DNA of 64,000 bases from Gemmatimonadota bacterium (GTDB lineage Bacteria > Gemmatimonadota > Gemmatimonadetes > Gemmatimonadales > GWC2-71-9), in contig QHUL01000052.1 of NCBI GenBank assembly GCA_003222115.1, positions 3,726-67,725 of the forward strand, given 5' to 3'. The position numbers and the translations under genes are program-made. Shown piece by piece: positions 18,211 through 26,582 of the stretch; within the stretch, counting starts at the first letter, position 1, and every line of letters begins with the position of its first letter. A model generated the notes under the pieces. The model did not search any database and was not told the DNA's origin. It saw only the letters and a program-made list of their open reading frames with translations.

Positions 18211-19214
18211 CCACGCTCGACCTCGCGGTGATCGGGGCCGGACCGTGCGGCCTGGCCGTCGGCGTGGCGGCGAAGCAGCAGGACCTGCGGGCGGTCCTGT
18301 TCGACAAGGGACCGCTCGTCGCGAGCCTCCTCAAGTATCCCACCTACATGACGTTCTTCTCGACGCCAGAGAAGCTCGAGATCGGCGGCGTGCCATTCAC
18401 GACGGCCGGCGACAAGCCCACGCGGCGCGAGGCGCTGGGCTATTACCGCAAGGTGGCGGAGTTCTATGCACTGGACGTCCGGCTCTACCACGTCGTGACG
18501 GCGTTCGAGCGCGTGCCGCTAGGCTTCGAGCTGACCGTGCGCGGCGCCGCGCACGGGGCGCCAGCGCGGGTGCGCGCACGCAACGTCGTGTTTGCAACCG
18601 GATACTTTGACTCGCCTAATCCTCTCGGTGTGCCCGGGGAGGACCTCCCGCACGTATCCCACTTCTTCACCGAGGCGCACCCTTACTGGCGGCAGAGTGT
18701 CGTGGTGGTGGGCGGAGGCAACAGCGCCGTGGAGGCCGCCCTGGAGCTTCACCGCGTCGGTGCGCGGGTCACGATCGTCCACTTCCTGAGCGAGTTCGAT
18801 CGCGGCGTGAAACCGTGGATCCTCCCCGACATCACGAATCGCCTGAAGGACGGGAGCATCGCGGCCCGCTGGCTATCCCGGGTGGTCGAGATTCGCCCCC
18901 GTGAGGTGATCGTCCGGTCCGAGACGATCGGCGCCGTCGCGTGCCTCCCGGCGGACTTCGTGCTGGCAATGACCGGGTACCGCGCCGATCTGTCACTGCT
19001 GCGGGCGGCGGGGGTGACGGTGGACGAGAAGACAGGCGTTCCGCAGCACGACCCGGCCACGATGCAAACGAACGTCCCCGGCGTGTTCATCGCCGGCGTC
19101 CTGGCATCGGGCCTCGATGCGAACCGCATCTTCATCGAGAACGGCCGCGCCCACGGAGGGCTCATCTGCGGTTACCTAAAAGCACAACCCCCCAGAGTTG
19201 CCCCTGGGGGGTGA
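18207..19214 (+). CDS. ypdA: YpdA-family FAD-dependent pyridine nucleotide-disulfide oxidoreductase (putative bacillithiol-disulfide reductase type)
   Basis: This is the last 335 aa of track ORF 17415..19214. GTG overlaps the purA stop. Contains VIGAGPCGL, YPTYMTFFSTPEKLEIGGVPF, KPWILPD and RIFIENGRAHGG, which closely parallels my recollection of Bacillus YpdA. Confidence 0.75.
19188..19211 (+). terminator. Hairpin CCCCCCAG-N8-CTGGGGGG at the 3' end of ypdA, with no U-tract
   Basis: 8-bp perfect stem that ends at the stop codon. It is followed by a 300-bp non-coding gap. Confidence 0.3.
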
Positions 19215-19515
19215 TCGCCTGCCCGACACCGTGCGCCCTAGAACCCGATGTGAGCGAGGCGAATTCTCGTGCCGCGCTCTCTGCAAGGGCTGGGACCGGT
19301 GCCACCTCTGGCAGCCGGGCTATCTCGACCACTGCTCGAGACCCCTGGGCTTTGCGCCCCGCCGTCGCCGGCGGTTTGCCCTTGACAGAGCTGTGCTGCC
19401 GCGGGATAGCAGCAAAAACGGTGCCCCAACCGTATCCCGCGTCACATCCGCGCTGTAGCAACCGTGTCAGCGTCGTTTCTCGTAGTAAACTGCACGATTT
19501 CTTGCATCCTGCACT

Positions 19516-20598
19516 GTGTCGCACCTTGTCCTGATCGCTCCGGCCGCCTTCAAGGGGACGCTCGGGCCACGTCAGGTCGCCGACGCCCTGGCGGCTGGCG
19601 TCCGCCGCGCCCTGCCGGAAGCCTCGGTCCTCCAGTGCCCGGTCTCCGACGGAGGTGACGGCCTGCTCGACGCTGTGCTCCCGCCCGGCATGCTGCGCGA
19701 GCAGCTGCAGGTCACGGGTCCGCTGGGGGATCCCGTATCCGCCGAGCTTGGCTGGGTCGATCCGGAGACGGCGATCTTCGAGTCGGCAACCGCCTGCGGG
19801 ATCCGCCTGCTGCGACCTGACCAGCTCGACCCGCTGCGCACCACGACGCGGGGCGTGGGCGAGGTGATCTGGGAGGCGGGCGAGCGAGGCGCGAAGAGCG
19901 TCGTGGTGGGGCTGGGCGGATCCGCCACGGTCGACGGCGGCACGGGGATGGCGCGGGGGTTGGGCTGGACGTTCCGGGATTCGCGCGGCGCAGCGCTGCT
20001 CGAAGGCGGTGGCGCGCTCGCCGATCTCACGGCATTGGAGGGCGGCTGGTCCCTCCCGGCGCGCGTCATCGGGCTCGCCGACGTCACGACGCCGCTCGTC
20101 GGCCCGGACGGCGCGGCGCCGGTGTTTGGACCTCAGAAGGGGGCCACGCCGGACGGGGTGTGGCGGCTCACCCAGGCGCTCGAGCGGCTGGCTCGGCTGA
20201 TGGCGGATCACGGCAGGCCGGACCTCGCCACGCTCCCCGGTGGCGGCGCCGCCGGTGGGCTCGGGGCGGGGCTCGTGTTCTTCGCCAAGGCAGAGCTGAT
20301 GGCGGGCGCGGAGTGGGTCCTGTCCCGCGTGGGATTCGACGCGGCGCTCGCCAAGGCGGACTTGGTGCTCACGGGAGAAGGCTCCTTCGACCGCACGTCG
20401 CTCGTGGGCAAGGCGTCGGGCGAGGTGGTGCGCCGGGCGCAGGCGGCGAAGAAGCGGGTGGCCGTCGTGGCCGGGAAGGTCGAGGGCCTGATCGGTCTGC
20501 ACGCGCTCGATGGGGAGGGCCGGACGCTCGACGCGGCCGGGGTGGCGGCGCTCGGCGAGCGCGCGACGCGGCAAGCGTTCGGGTTGCCCGCCGCCTAG
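19516..20598 (+). CDS. Glycerate kinase
   Basis: 360 aa with a GTG start. Contains LIAPAAFKGTL, CPVSDGGDGLLD and GEGSFDRTSLVGKA. Confidence 0.85.
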   Translation: MSHLVLIAPAAFKGTLGPRQVADALAAGVRRALPEASVLQCPVSDGGDGLLDAVLPPGMLREQLQVTGPLGDPVSAELGWVDPETAIFESATACGIRLLRPDQLDPLRTTTRGVGEVIWEAGERGAKSVVVGLGGSATVDGGTGMARGLGWTFRDSRGAALLEGGGALADLTALEGGWSLPARVIGLADVTTPLVGPDGAAPVFGPQKGATPDGVWRLTQALERLARLMADHGRPDLATLPGGGAAGGLGAGLVFFAKAELMAGAEWVLSRVGFDAALAKADLVLTGEGSFDRTSLVGKASGEVVRRAQAAKKRVAVVAGKVEGLIGLHALDGEGRTLDAAGVAALGERATRQAFGLPAA

Positions 20599-20622
20599 CG
20601 GCAGGTCTATCTTCCCGCCCCT

Positions 20623-21963
20623 ATGCCCCCCGCCGACAACCTGATGGACAAGCTCGTATCGCTCTCCAAGCGGCGCGGGTTCGTGTTTCAGTCGTCGGAG
20701 ATTTACGGCGGGCTGGGGTCGGTGTGGGACTATGGTCCGCTCGGTGTCGAGCTGAAGAAGAACATCAAGGAGCGCTGGTGGCGCTCCATGGTCCATGAGC
20801 GGGAGGACATCGAGGGGCTCGACGCGGCGATCCTGATGCACCCCAAGGTGTGGGAGGCCTCGGGGCACGTGGCGGGGTTCTCGGACCCGTTGGTCGACTG
20901 CAAACACTGCAAGAACCGGTTTCGGGCGGACGATCCCCGCATCAAGGGGACGCCCGGCCAGCCGGACGCACAATGTCCGGTGTGCGGCTCGCGGGGCACC
21001 CTCACCGCTCCGCGGATGTTCAATCTGATGTTCAAGACCTTCATGGGGCCGGTCGAGGAAGCCGCCGCCGTGGTCTACTTGCGCCCTGAGACGGCGCAGG
21101 GCATCTACGTCAACTACCTCAACGTGCTGCAGTCCTCGCGCCAGAAGATCCCGTTCGGCATCGCGCAGATCGGCAAGGCGTTCCGCAACGAGATCACGCC
21201 GGGGAACTTCACCTTCCGTACCCGCGAATTCGAGCAGATGGAGATGCAGTTCTTCGTCAAGCCGGGAACGGACGCGGAATGGTTCGAGTTCTGGCGCCAC
21301 GAGCGGATGAAATGGCTGGTCGGAAATCTCGGCATCCGGGCGGAGAAGGTCCGCTTCCACCAGCACACGCAGCAGGAGCTCGCCCACTACGCGAAGGACG
21401 CCTACGACATCGAGTACGAGTTTCCCTTCGGGTGGAACGAGTTCGAGGGCATCCACAACCGCACGGATTTCGACCTGTCGCGGCACCAGGAGTATTCGGG
21501 CAAGAAGCTCGACTACCTCGACCCGGCGACGAGCGAGCGGTTCGTCCCCTACGTGGTCGAGACGTCCGCCGGCGCGGACCGCACCACGCTCGTGGTGCTG
21601 TGCGACGCCTACCACGAGGAGGACGTGGCAGGGGAGAAGCGCGTCGTACTCCGCTTCCGTCCGGCCATCGCCCCGCTCAAGGCGGCGGTCTTTCCACTCG
21701 TGAACAAGGACGGCATGCCCGAGCTGGCCCGCCGCATCTACGACGACGTGCGCACGCACTGCAATGCGTTCTACGACGACGGCGGCTCGATCGGCCGCCG
21801 CTACCGCCGCCAGGACGAGGCCGGAACGCCGTTCGGCATCACGATCGACGGCCAGTCCACGCAGGACGGCACGGTCACGGTGCGGGACCGGGATACGCTG
21901 CAACAGGTCAGGGTGGCTTCCGACCGCTTGGTGCAGTTCCTCGGGGACAAGCTCAGAGGCTGA
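20623..21963 (+). CDS. glyQS: Glycine--tRNA ligase (dimeric alpha2 type)
   Basis: 446 aa. Contains KRRGFVFQSSEIYGGLGSVWDYGPLGVELKKNI and FRNEITPGNFTFRTREFEQMEMQFF. The start could instead be the ATG at 20644. Confidence 0.95.
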   Translation: MPPADNLMDKLVSLSKRRGFVFQSSEIYGGLGSVWDYGPLGVELKKNIKERWWRSMVHEREDIEGLDAAILMHPKVWEASGHVAGFSDPLVDCKHCKNRFRADDPRIKGTPGQPDAQCPVCGSRGTLTAPRMFNLMFKTFMGPVEEAAAVVYLRPETAQGIYVNYLNVLQSSRQKIPFGIAQIGKAFRNEITPGNFTFRTREFEQMEMQFFVKPGTDAEWFEFWRHERMKWLVGNLGIRAEKVRFHQHTQQELAHYAKDAYDIEYEFPFGWNEFEGIHNRTDFDLSRHQEYSGKKLDYLDPATSERFVPYVVETSAGADRTTLVVLCDAYHEEDVAGEKRVVLRFRPAIAPLKAAVFPLVNKDGMPELARRIYDDVRTHCNAFYDDGGSIGRRYRRQDEAGTPFGITIDGQSTQDGTVTVRDRDTLQQVRVASDRLVQFLGDKLRG

Positions 21964-21967
21964 ACGG

Positions 21968-22042
21968 CGTGGGGAGTGGTACCTGTCGATGCAAGCCGTG
22001 GGCGGGGTGCACACCGTCGGGTACCACTCCCCACTCCCCACG
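21968..22042 (+). terminator. Long hairpin after glyQS: GGGGAGTGGTACC ... GGTACCACTCCCC, a 13-bp stem with a structured 36-nt loop
   Basis: Read directly from the sequence. It starts 5 nt after the glyQS stop. There is no U-tract, and the right arm has a slipped duplicate (ACTCCCCACTCCCCACG). Confidence 0.4.
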
Positions 22043-22050
22043 TATCGCTT

Positions 22051-22770
22051 ATGCGGCTCGATGATTTCCAGCAGCTCGTCGAGCGGCTCCTGAAGCAGGT
22101 GCCGCCGACATATCTCGACGGGGTCGTGGCGGTGGAAGTGAGCCCCAAGGCCGTGCCGCACCCCGTTCGGGGCGACGTCTACACCCTGGGCGAGTGCATT
22201 CCGCTCGAATGGAGCGGCAACGGCGCCGATCTCCAGTCCCGCGTCGTCCTCTACCACGGCTCCTTCGCGGCGCTCGCCCGGCGGGGCGACTACGAGTGGC
22301 GCGAGGAGGCGTGGGAGACGCTCGCCCACGAGCTGCGTCACCATCTCGAATGGCGCGCGAACTCCGGTGCGCTCGAGGCCTACGATTGGGCGGCCGAGCA
22401 GAACTTCGCGCGCCAGGAGGGGCAGCCTTTCGACCCGGTGTTCTACCGCTCGGGCGAAAAGATCGCCGACGGGGTCTACAAGGTCGAGGACGACGTCTTC
22501 ATCGAGAACTGGACGGCGGAAAGGGGGAACCCTAAAGGACTCCCTGGCGGTCGGAGGGAAGGGTTGGAGACGGTGTGGCACGGGAAGCGATACCGTGCCT
22601 CACTGCCGCGCGATGTCCACCCTCCGGCCTTCCTCACGCTCGAAGGACTCGATGAGCCGCCCCCGGGGGAGGCCGTCGTGGTGGTTTCCCGCAAGTCCTC
22701 GTTGGGCGACCTGTGGCGCCGCCGGGCGCCGGCCGCAGCGGTCGTGACGGTGGAGCCGGTCGGTGGCTAA
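22051..22770 (+). CDS. Zincin-like metallopeptidase-domain protein (HExxH) with an uncharacterised C-terminal half
   Basis: 239 aa from the ATG at 22051; the track ORF starts earlier, inside the hairpin. The N-half resembles the small 'possible zinc metallopeptidase' family (F..LV..L..VP, VVLYHGSF, HELRHHLE). The C-half has no motif I recognise. Confidence 0.5.
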   Translation: MRLDDFQQLVERLLKQVPPTYLDGVVAVEVSPKAVPHPVRGDVYTLGECIPLEWSGNGADLQSRVVLYHGSFAALARRGDYEWREEAWETLAHELRHHLEWRANSGALEAYDWAAEQNFARQEGQPFDPVFYRSGEKIADGVYKVEDDVFIENWTAERGNPKGLPGGRREGLETVWHGKRYRASLPRDVHPPAFLTLEGLDEPPPGEAVVVVSRKSSLGDLWRRRAPAAAVVTVEPVGG

Positions 22771-23065
22771 GCGCGTCTTCCTGGCCGCGCGCGACCTGGT
22801 GTTCCGATCCAAGCTGGCAGCCGTCGTGGACGGCGCCGGAGCGGTAGTGGGGCGGGATCCGGCCGAATGCGAGCTCGCCGTCGTGGACGTGGAGCTTCCC
22901 GGGGCGGCGGACCGCATCCGGAGCTTCATCGAGCAAGGCATGACGGTGCTGGCGTACGGAGCGCACGTGCGGCCGGAGCTGCTGCGCGCGGCCCGTGAAG
23001 CCGGTGCTACGGCCGTCCCGAACTCCCAGGTGCAGGAGCGGCTCGCCGGCCTGCTGAAAGCTTGA
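22763..23065 (+). CDS. Small receiver-like (pseudo-REC) protein, hypothetical
   Basis: 100 aa with an 8-nt overlap onto the upstream gene. The pattern VFLAARD, ELAVVDVELPG and AREAGATAV resembles a CheY-like fold, but the conserved T/S and K positions are not evident. Confidence 0.35.
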   Translation: MAKRVFLAARDLVFRSKLAAVVDGAGAVVGRDPAECELAVVDVELPGAADRIRSFIEQGMTVLAYGAHVRPELLRAAREAGATAVPNSQVQERLAGLLKA

Positions 23066-23089
23066 GGGGCGCAGCGTGCTGCGCCCCTC
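23064..23089. terminator. Bidirectional hairpin GAGGGGCGCAGC/GCTGCGCCCCTC between convergent genes
   Basis: Perfect GC-rich palindrome of about 11 bp with a 4-nt loop. It starts at the stop codon of the plus-strand gene and lies 20 nt beyond the hsp20 stop. Confidence 0.6.
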
Positions 23090-23109
23090 GGTCCAGCCGA
23101 CTGCGCTTG

Positions 23110-23529
23110 TTACTTCGACGTCAGTTCGACCGGGATCTGCCGCGGCTTGGCCTGCTCCACCTTCGGCAGGGTCAACGTGAGAACACCATGGTCGTAGGTG
23201 GCCTTGATGCCGCGCGCGTCCACGGTGGCGGGCAGAGTGAAGCTGCGCTCGAACGCGCCGTAGGTGCGCTCGTAGCGGTGCACCCGCTTGGTCCGCTCTT
23301 CCTCCACGTGCTGCTTCGTGCCGCGGATCGTGAGGACGTTCCCTTCGAGCGAGATCTGCACATCCTCGGGCTTCACGCCCGGTACCTCCGCCGCGATCCT
23401 GATGGCCTCGGCCTGCTCGGAGATGTCCACCGGCGGCACCCAGGCCGTAGTCGCTCCATCCTGGGACAGCAGGTTGAAGAAGTCGGCCAGCACCGGATCC
23501 TTCGTGATGTTGCGCGTGGTCAGCAACAT
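23110..23529 (-). CDS. Hsp20/alpha-crystallin family small heat-shock protein
   Basis: 139 aa. Contains WVPPVDISEQAEAIRIAAEVPGVKPEDVQISLEGNVLTIRG, ERSFTLP and ATYDHGVLTLTLPK. Confidence 0.9.
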   Translation of the reverse strand: MLLTTRNITKDPVLADFFNLLSQDGATTAWVPPVDISEQAEAIRIAAEVPGVKPEDVQISLEGNVLTIRGTKQHVEEERTKRVHRYERTYGAFERSFTLPATVDARGIKATYDHGVLTLTLPKVEQAKPRQIPVELTSK

Positions 23530-23590
23530 ACCATTCGCCTCCTTTCAAGACGGAAACCACTCGAGGCCCCACGGCCTCGCCACGCGGGGT

Positions 23591-23607
23591 TTGCAACCGC
23601 CGTGCCG
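23591..23607 (-). promoter_or_regulatory. Sigma-54-type -24/-12 promoter candidate upstream of hsp20
   Basis: The minus strand reads CGGCACG-GCGG-TTGCAA. This matches the GG and GC elements and the exact spacing of the TGGCACG-N4-TTGCW consensus. It lies about 62 nt upstream of the hsp20 ATG. Confidence 0.35.
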
Positions 23608-23734
23608 ATCGGGAGGGCCCCGCGTTTGCCAGGATGACAAACGCGTGGCACCAGCTTGGCACTGCCGCTGCCAGCTTTGCCGGCCGCTCGGGGGTTTGAG
23701 GCCGCCGCGGGAGGCTCTATCTTTTGCGGCACCC

Positions 23735-24826
23735 GTGAAGCTTCTCTCCTCGATCCTGGCGCTCGCCGCGCTCGCCGGCGGCCGCGCCGCCGGCCACCAG
23801 GGCCCGGATTTCCGCATCCTCGTGACGAGCGAGTCAGGGGACATCATCACCCAGCTCGCCTGGGACGGAGCCGCGCTGCGGACCGTCAAGGTGGTGCCCG
23901 TGGGCGTCATGCCGGCGGACATCGACGGTCCCCACAACGTGACCGTCTCACCGGACGGCAGGTTTTGGTACGTCTCGATAGCGCACGGTACGCCGTACGG
24001 CTCGCTCTGGAAGATGGCGGCGGACGGCGACACGCTGGTCCGCCAAGCCCCGCTCGAGATGTTCCCCACGACGATCGCCCTGACGCCGGACGGCGAGCTG
24101 GCCTTCGTCGCCAACTCGGACTTTCACGGCGACCACCCGCGCAAGAATGTGGTCTCCGTCGTCTACACCGGCCCGATGCTCACCCTCGCGCAGCTGCCGG
24201 CGTGCGACATGCCGCACGGGGTGAGGGTGAATCACGCCGGGACCCGCGTCTACGTGTCCTGCATGAATTCGGACGAGCTCCTGGAGATCGACCGCGAGAC
24301 GCTCGGGATCGCGCGGCGGCACCCGACGGGCGGCATGACGATGCCCGCGACCACGGGCCACGAAGGGACGAAGGGCGGGGCCATACGCGACGCCTGCATG
24401 CCGACATTCGTGTCGGTGTCGCCCGACGATCGGCGCCTGTACGTGGCCTGCAACGCCAGCGACGCCCTGCAGGTCGTGGACGCCGGCACGCTGGAGCTCC
24501 TGCGGGCAGTCCCCACGGGGCACGGCGCCTACAATGTCGAGCCGTCGCCGGACGGCCGCTGGGTCATCGTGACGAACAAAAAGGACCGCAGCGTGTCGCT
24601 GTTCGACGCGGCCACCCTGACCGAGGCGGCCCGGATCCCGACGTCGAAGCAGCTGCCCCATGGGATCGCGTACGCACCGGACGGCAGGTTCGCGTTCGTC
24701 TCGGTTGAGAGCGTCGGGGCCGATCCGGGCGCTGTGGATGTCATCGACCTGACGACGCAGACCCGGGTGGCGACCACGCCGATCCCCCTCCAGCCCACCG
24801 GGATCGCCATCCTGCGCCGGCCATGA
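23735..24826 (+). CDS. Secreted YncE/YVTN-type beta-propeller repeat protein
   Basis: This is the last 363 aa of track ORF 23288..24826. GTG start with signal-like VKLLSSILALAALAGG. Repeated PHNVTVSPDGRFWYVS, ALTPDGELAFVAN, NVEPSPDGRWVIVTN and IAYAPDGRFAFVS. Confidence 0.7.
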   Translation: MKLLSSILALAALAGGRAAGHQGPDFRILVTSESGDIITQLAWDGAALRTVKVVPVGVMPADIDGPHNVTVSPDGRFWYVSIAHGTPYGSLWKMAADGDTLVRQAPLEMFPTTIALTPDGELAFVANSDFHGDHPRKNVVSVVYTGPMLTLAQLPACDMPHGVRVNHAGTRVYVSCMNSDELLEIDRETLGIARRHPTGGMTMPATTGHEGTKGGAIRDACMPTFVSVSPDDRRLYVACNASDALQVVDAGTLELLRAVPTGHGAYNVEPSPDGRWVIVTNKKDRSVSLFDAATLTEAARIPTSKQLPHGIAYAPDGRFAFVSVESVGADPGAVDVIDLTTQTRVATTPIPLQPTGIAILRRP

Positions 24827-25101
24827 CCCATACGACCGTCGTCGCGCTGCCGCCGGAGGAGTTGCTGGCGCGGGCGCAGGCCTTCTTCGCCGAGCGCGTT
24901 CCCCACGCCGCAGCCTTCGTCGAGAAGCAGGGGCCCAGGTTCCTGGTGCTGCGCGGCCAGGGGGGCGAGGAAGTCGTCTTCAGCGCCTGGACGGACGCCG
25001 CTGGGAAAACGCGGGTGCGCGCGTCGACGCTGTTCTTCGACCAGGCCGTGGACCGCTTCCTGTCGACGCTGCCGCTCGAGGCGGGCGTGGAGGTCGTGTG
25101 A
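24823..25101 (+). CDS. Hypothetical protein (92 aa)
   Basis: ATGA overlap with the upstream gene and GTGA overlap with the downstream gene. Third-position GC is high. No family recognised. Confidence 0.5.
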   Translation: MTHTTVVALPPEELLARAQAFFAERVPHAAAFVEKQGPRFLVLRGQGGEEVVFSAWTDAAGKTRVRASTLFFDQAVDRFLSTLPLEAGVEVV

Positions 25102-25373
25102 CGGCCGCCGCGGAACGGTTCGCCGTGCGCGTCATGGTGACCGATGTCTGGGACCACGTGGAGATTCCCGTCGAGCCGGGCACGACGGTGGCCGAGCTGA
25201 AGCGTGAGGCCCTGACCCGGGCCTTGAAGCGGTCCGCGATCCGGCTCGACGACTACGTCGTCAAGTTCCGCGGCGCGCAGGTCACGGACGAATCCGCGAC
25301 CCTCGGTGCGCTCGGCGCCGTCCCCAACGCGCCGTTCATCGTGCTGCCGGCGCGGCGCCGGCCGGTGCGATGA
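25098..25373 (+). CDS. Small ubiquitin-like (beta-grasp) domain protein
   Basis: 91 aa. VEIPVEPGTTVAELKREAL and YVVKFRGAQVTDESATLGALGAVPNAPFIVLPARR parallel the ubiquitin pattern LEVEPSDTIENVKAKI ... [33 protein letters not shown]. There is no C-terminal GG. Confidence 0.45.
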   Translation: MTAAAERFAVRVMVTDVWDHVEIPVEPGTTVAELKREALTRALKRSAIRLDDYVVKFRGAQVTDESATLGALGAVPNAPFIVLPARRRPVR

Positions 25374-25636
25374 AGCCGGTCGGCCGCGCCCTCACCACGT
25401 TCACCGTCGGCTTCCTGGCGCTCGACGCGTTGCTGCTTGGCTATCTGGGCGTCGTCCTTTCGCGGCCGCTCGTCCTCGCGAGCGGCGGCGTGTGCGCCGT
25501 GGCCGCGGCGCTCGTTGTGGTCGGCTGGCGGCGTTACCGCCGGGCGCTGGTCGAGCTCGAGGCCGCCCGGCAGGCGATACGAGCCGAGCTGGAGTCGATT
25601 CGCGATCTCCTGAAGCAGCATCATCTCCACAACTAG
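25370..25636 (+). CDS. Small membrane protein (two predicted TM helices plus a C-terminal helix)
   Basis: 88 aa with an ATGA overlap. Hydrophobic segments FTVGFLALDALLLGYLGVVL and GGVCAVAAALVVVGW. Confidence 0.5.
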   Translation: MKPVGRALTTFTVGFLALDALLLGYLGVVLSRPLVLASGGVCAVAAALVVVGWRRYRRALVELEAARQAIRAELESIRDLLKQHHLHN

Positions 25637-25642
25637 CCGGTC

Positions 25643-26554
25643 ATGACCGTCTCGGTCGTCTGGCACCCCGCATGCGAGTTGCACGAGCCGGGGCCCGGTC
25701 ACCCCGAGCAGGCCGATCGCATCCGCGCGGTGCTCGCGGCGCTGCGCGCGCCCGCCCTGGTGTCGCGCGTCCTCTGGAGCGAGGCCCGGCCGGCCGACCG
25801 GGCGGCGATCGAGCGCGTGCACGCGGCGCCCTACGTCGCCGCTCTGGAGCAGCTCGCCGCGCGTGGCGGCGGCGCGCTCGATCCCGATACCTACCTGGGC
25901 GCGCGCAGCTTCGCCGCGGCGCTCGCCGCGGCCGGCGTCGCGATCAGAGCCGTGGAGCAGGCGCTGGCGGCGGGCGGGGGAGGCACGGCGTTCGGCGCGA
26001 CGCGTCCGCCCGGCCACCACGCCCTCGCGGCCCGCGCTATGGGGTTCTGCTTCTTCAACAACGTGGTGATCGCCGCCCGTCGCGCCCAGGAGCTCGGGCG
26101 CGCGCGCGTGCTGATCGTGGATTGGGACGTGCACCACGGCAACGGCACCCAGGCGCTGGTCGAGCGCGACCCGTCGATCCGCTACGTCTCCATGCATCAG
26201 TACCCATGGTATCCCGGCACCGGCGCCGAGCAGGAGCGGGGGGTGGGCAACGTCTTCAACGTGCCGCGCCCGCCCGGGTTGCCGCGGGCGACGTATGTGC
26301 GCGACCTCCTCGCCGCCGTGGACGCGGCGCTCGATGGGTGGGCGCCGGACCTGCTGCTCGTCTCCGCAGGGTTCGACTCGCTGGGCGGCGACCCGCTCGG
26401 CGGCTTCACGCTCGAGGCCGACGACGTCGCGGCGTGGACCACCGCGTTGCGCGAACGCGTCGCCCCGGCACCGGTCGTGGGCGTGCTCGAGGGCGGCTAC
26501 CGGCTCGACCTGCTCGCGGCCGGTGTCCGCGCGCACGTCGGCGCGCTTGCCTGA
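25643..26554 (+). CDS. Histone deacetylase / acetoin-utilisation (AcuC) / acetylpolyamine amidohydrolase family protein
   Basis: 303 aa. Contains RPPGHHA, GFCFFNN, IVDWDVHHGNGTQ and GFDSLGGDPLG. Confidence 0.85.
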   Translation: MTVSVVWHPACELHEPGPGHPEQADRIRAVLAALRAPALVSRVLWSEARPADRAAIERVHAAPYVAALEQLAARGGGALDPDTYLGARSFAAALAAAGVAIRAVEQALAAGGGGTAFGATRPPGHHALAARAMGFCFFNNVVIAARRAQELGRARVLIVDWDVHHGNGTQALVERDPSIRYVSMHQYPWYPGTGAEQERGVGNVFNVPRPPGLPRATYVRDLLAAVDAALDGWAPDLLLVSAGFDSLGGDPLGGFTLEADDVAAWTTALRERVAPAPVVGVLEGGYRLDLLAAGVRAHVGALA

Positions 26555-26582
26555 CCGGAAGGCCGCGCCGATACTTCCACCC

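Noticed and set aside
19215-19515. Tested the 300-bp gap by eye for SRP RNA, RNase P RNA, tmRNA and 6S RNA
   Set aside because: The minus-strand fragment GGGCAAACCGCCGGCGACGG vaguely recalls the RNase P ..GCAAACCGCC.. region. However the universal GAGGAAAGTCCGGGC element, the SRP GGAAGGAAGCAGC motif and tmRNA termini are all absent, and the gap is too short for RNase P. I kept it only as an unassigned structured region.
19162-22581. 1139-aa minus-strand ORF, the longest ORF in the window
   Set aside because: It is antisense to the glycerate kinase and glyQS genes, which carry clear family motifs. Its sequence is a low-complexity Arg/Gly/Pro/Leu run with no domain signature.
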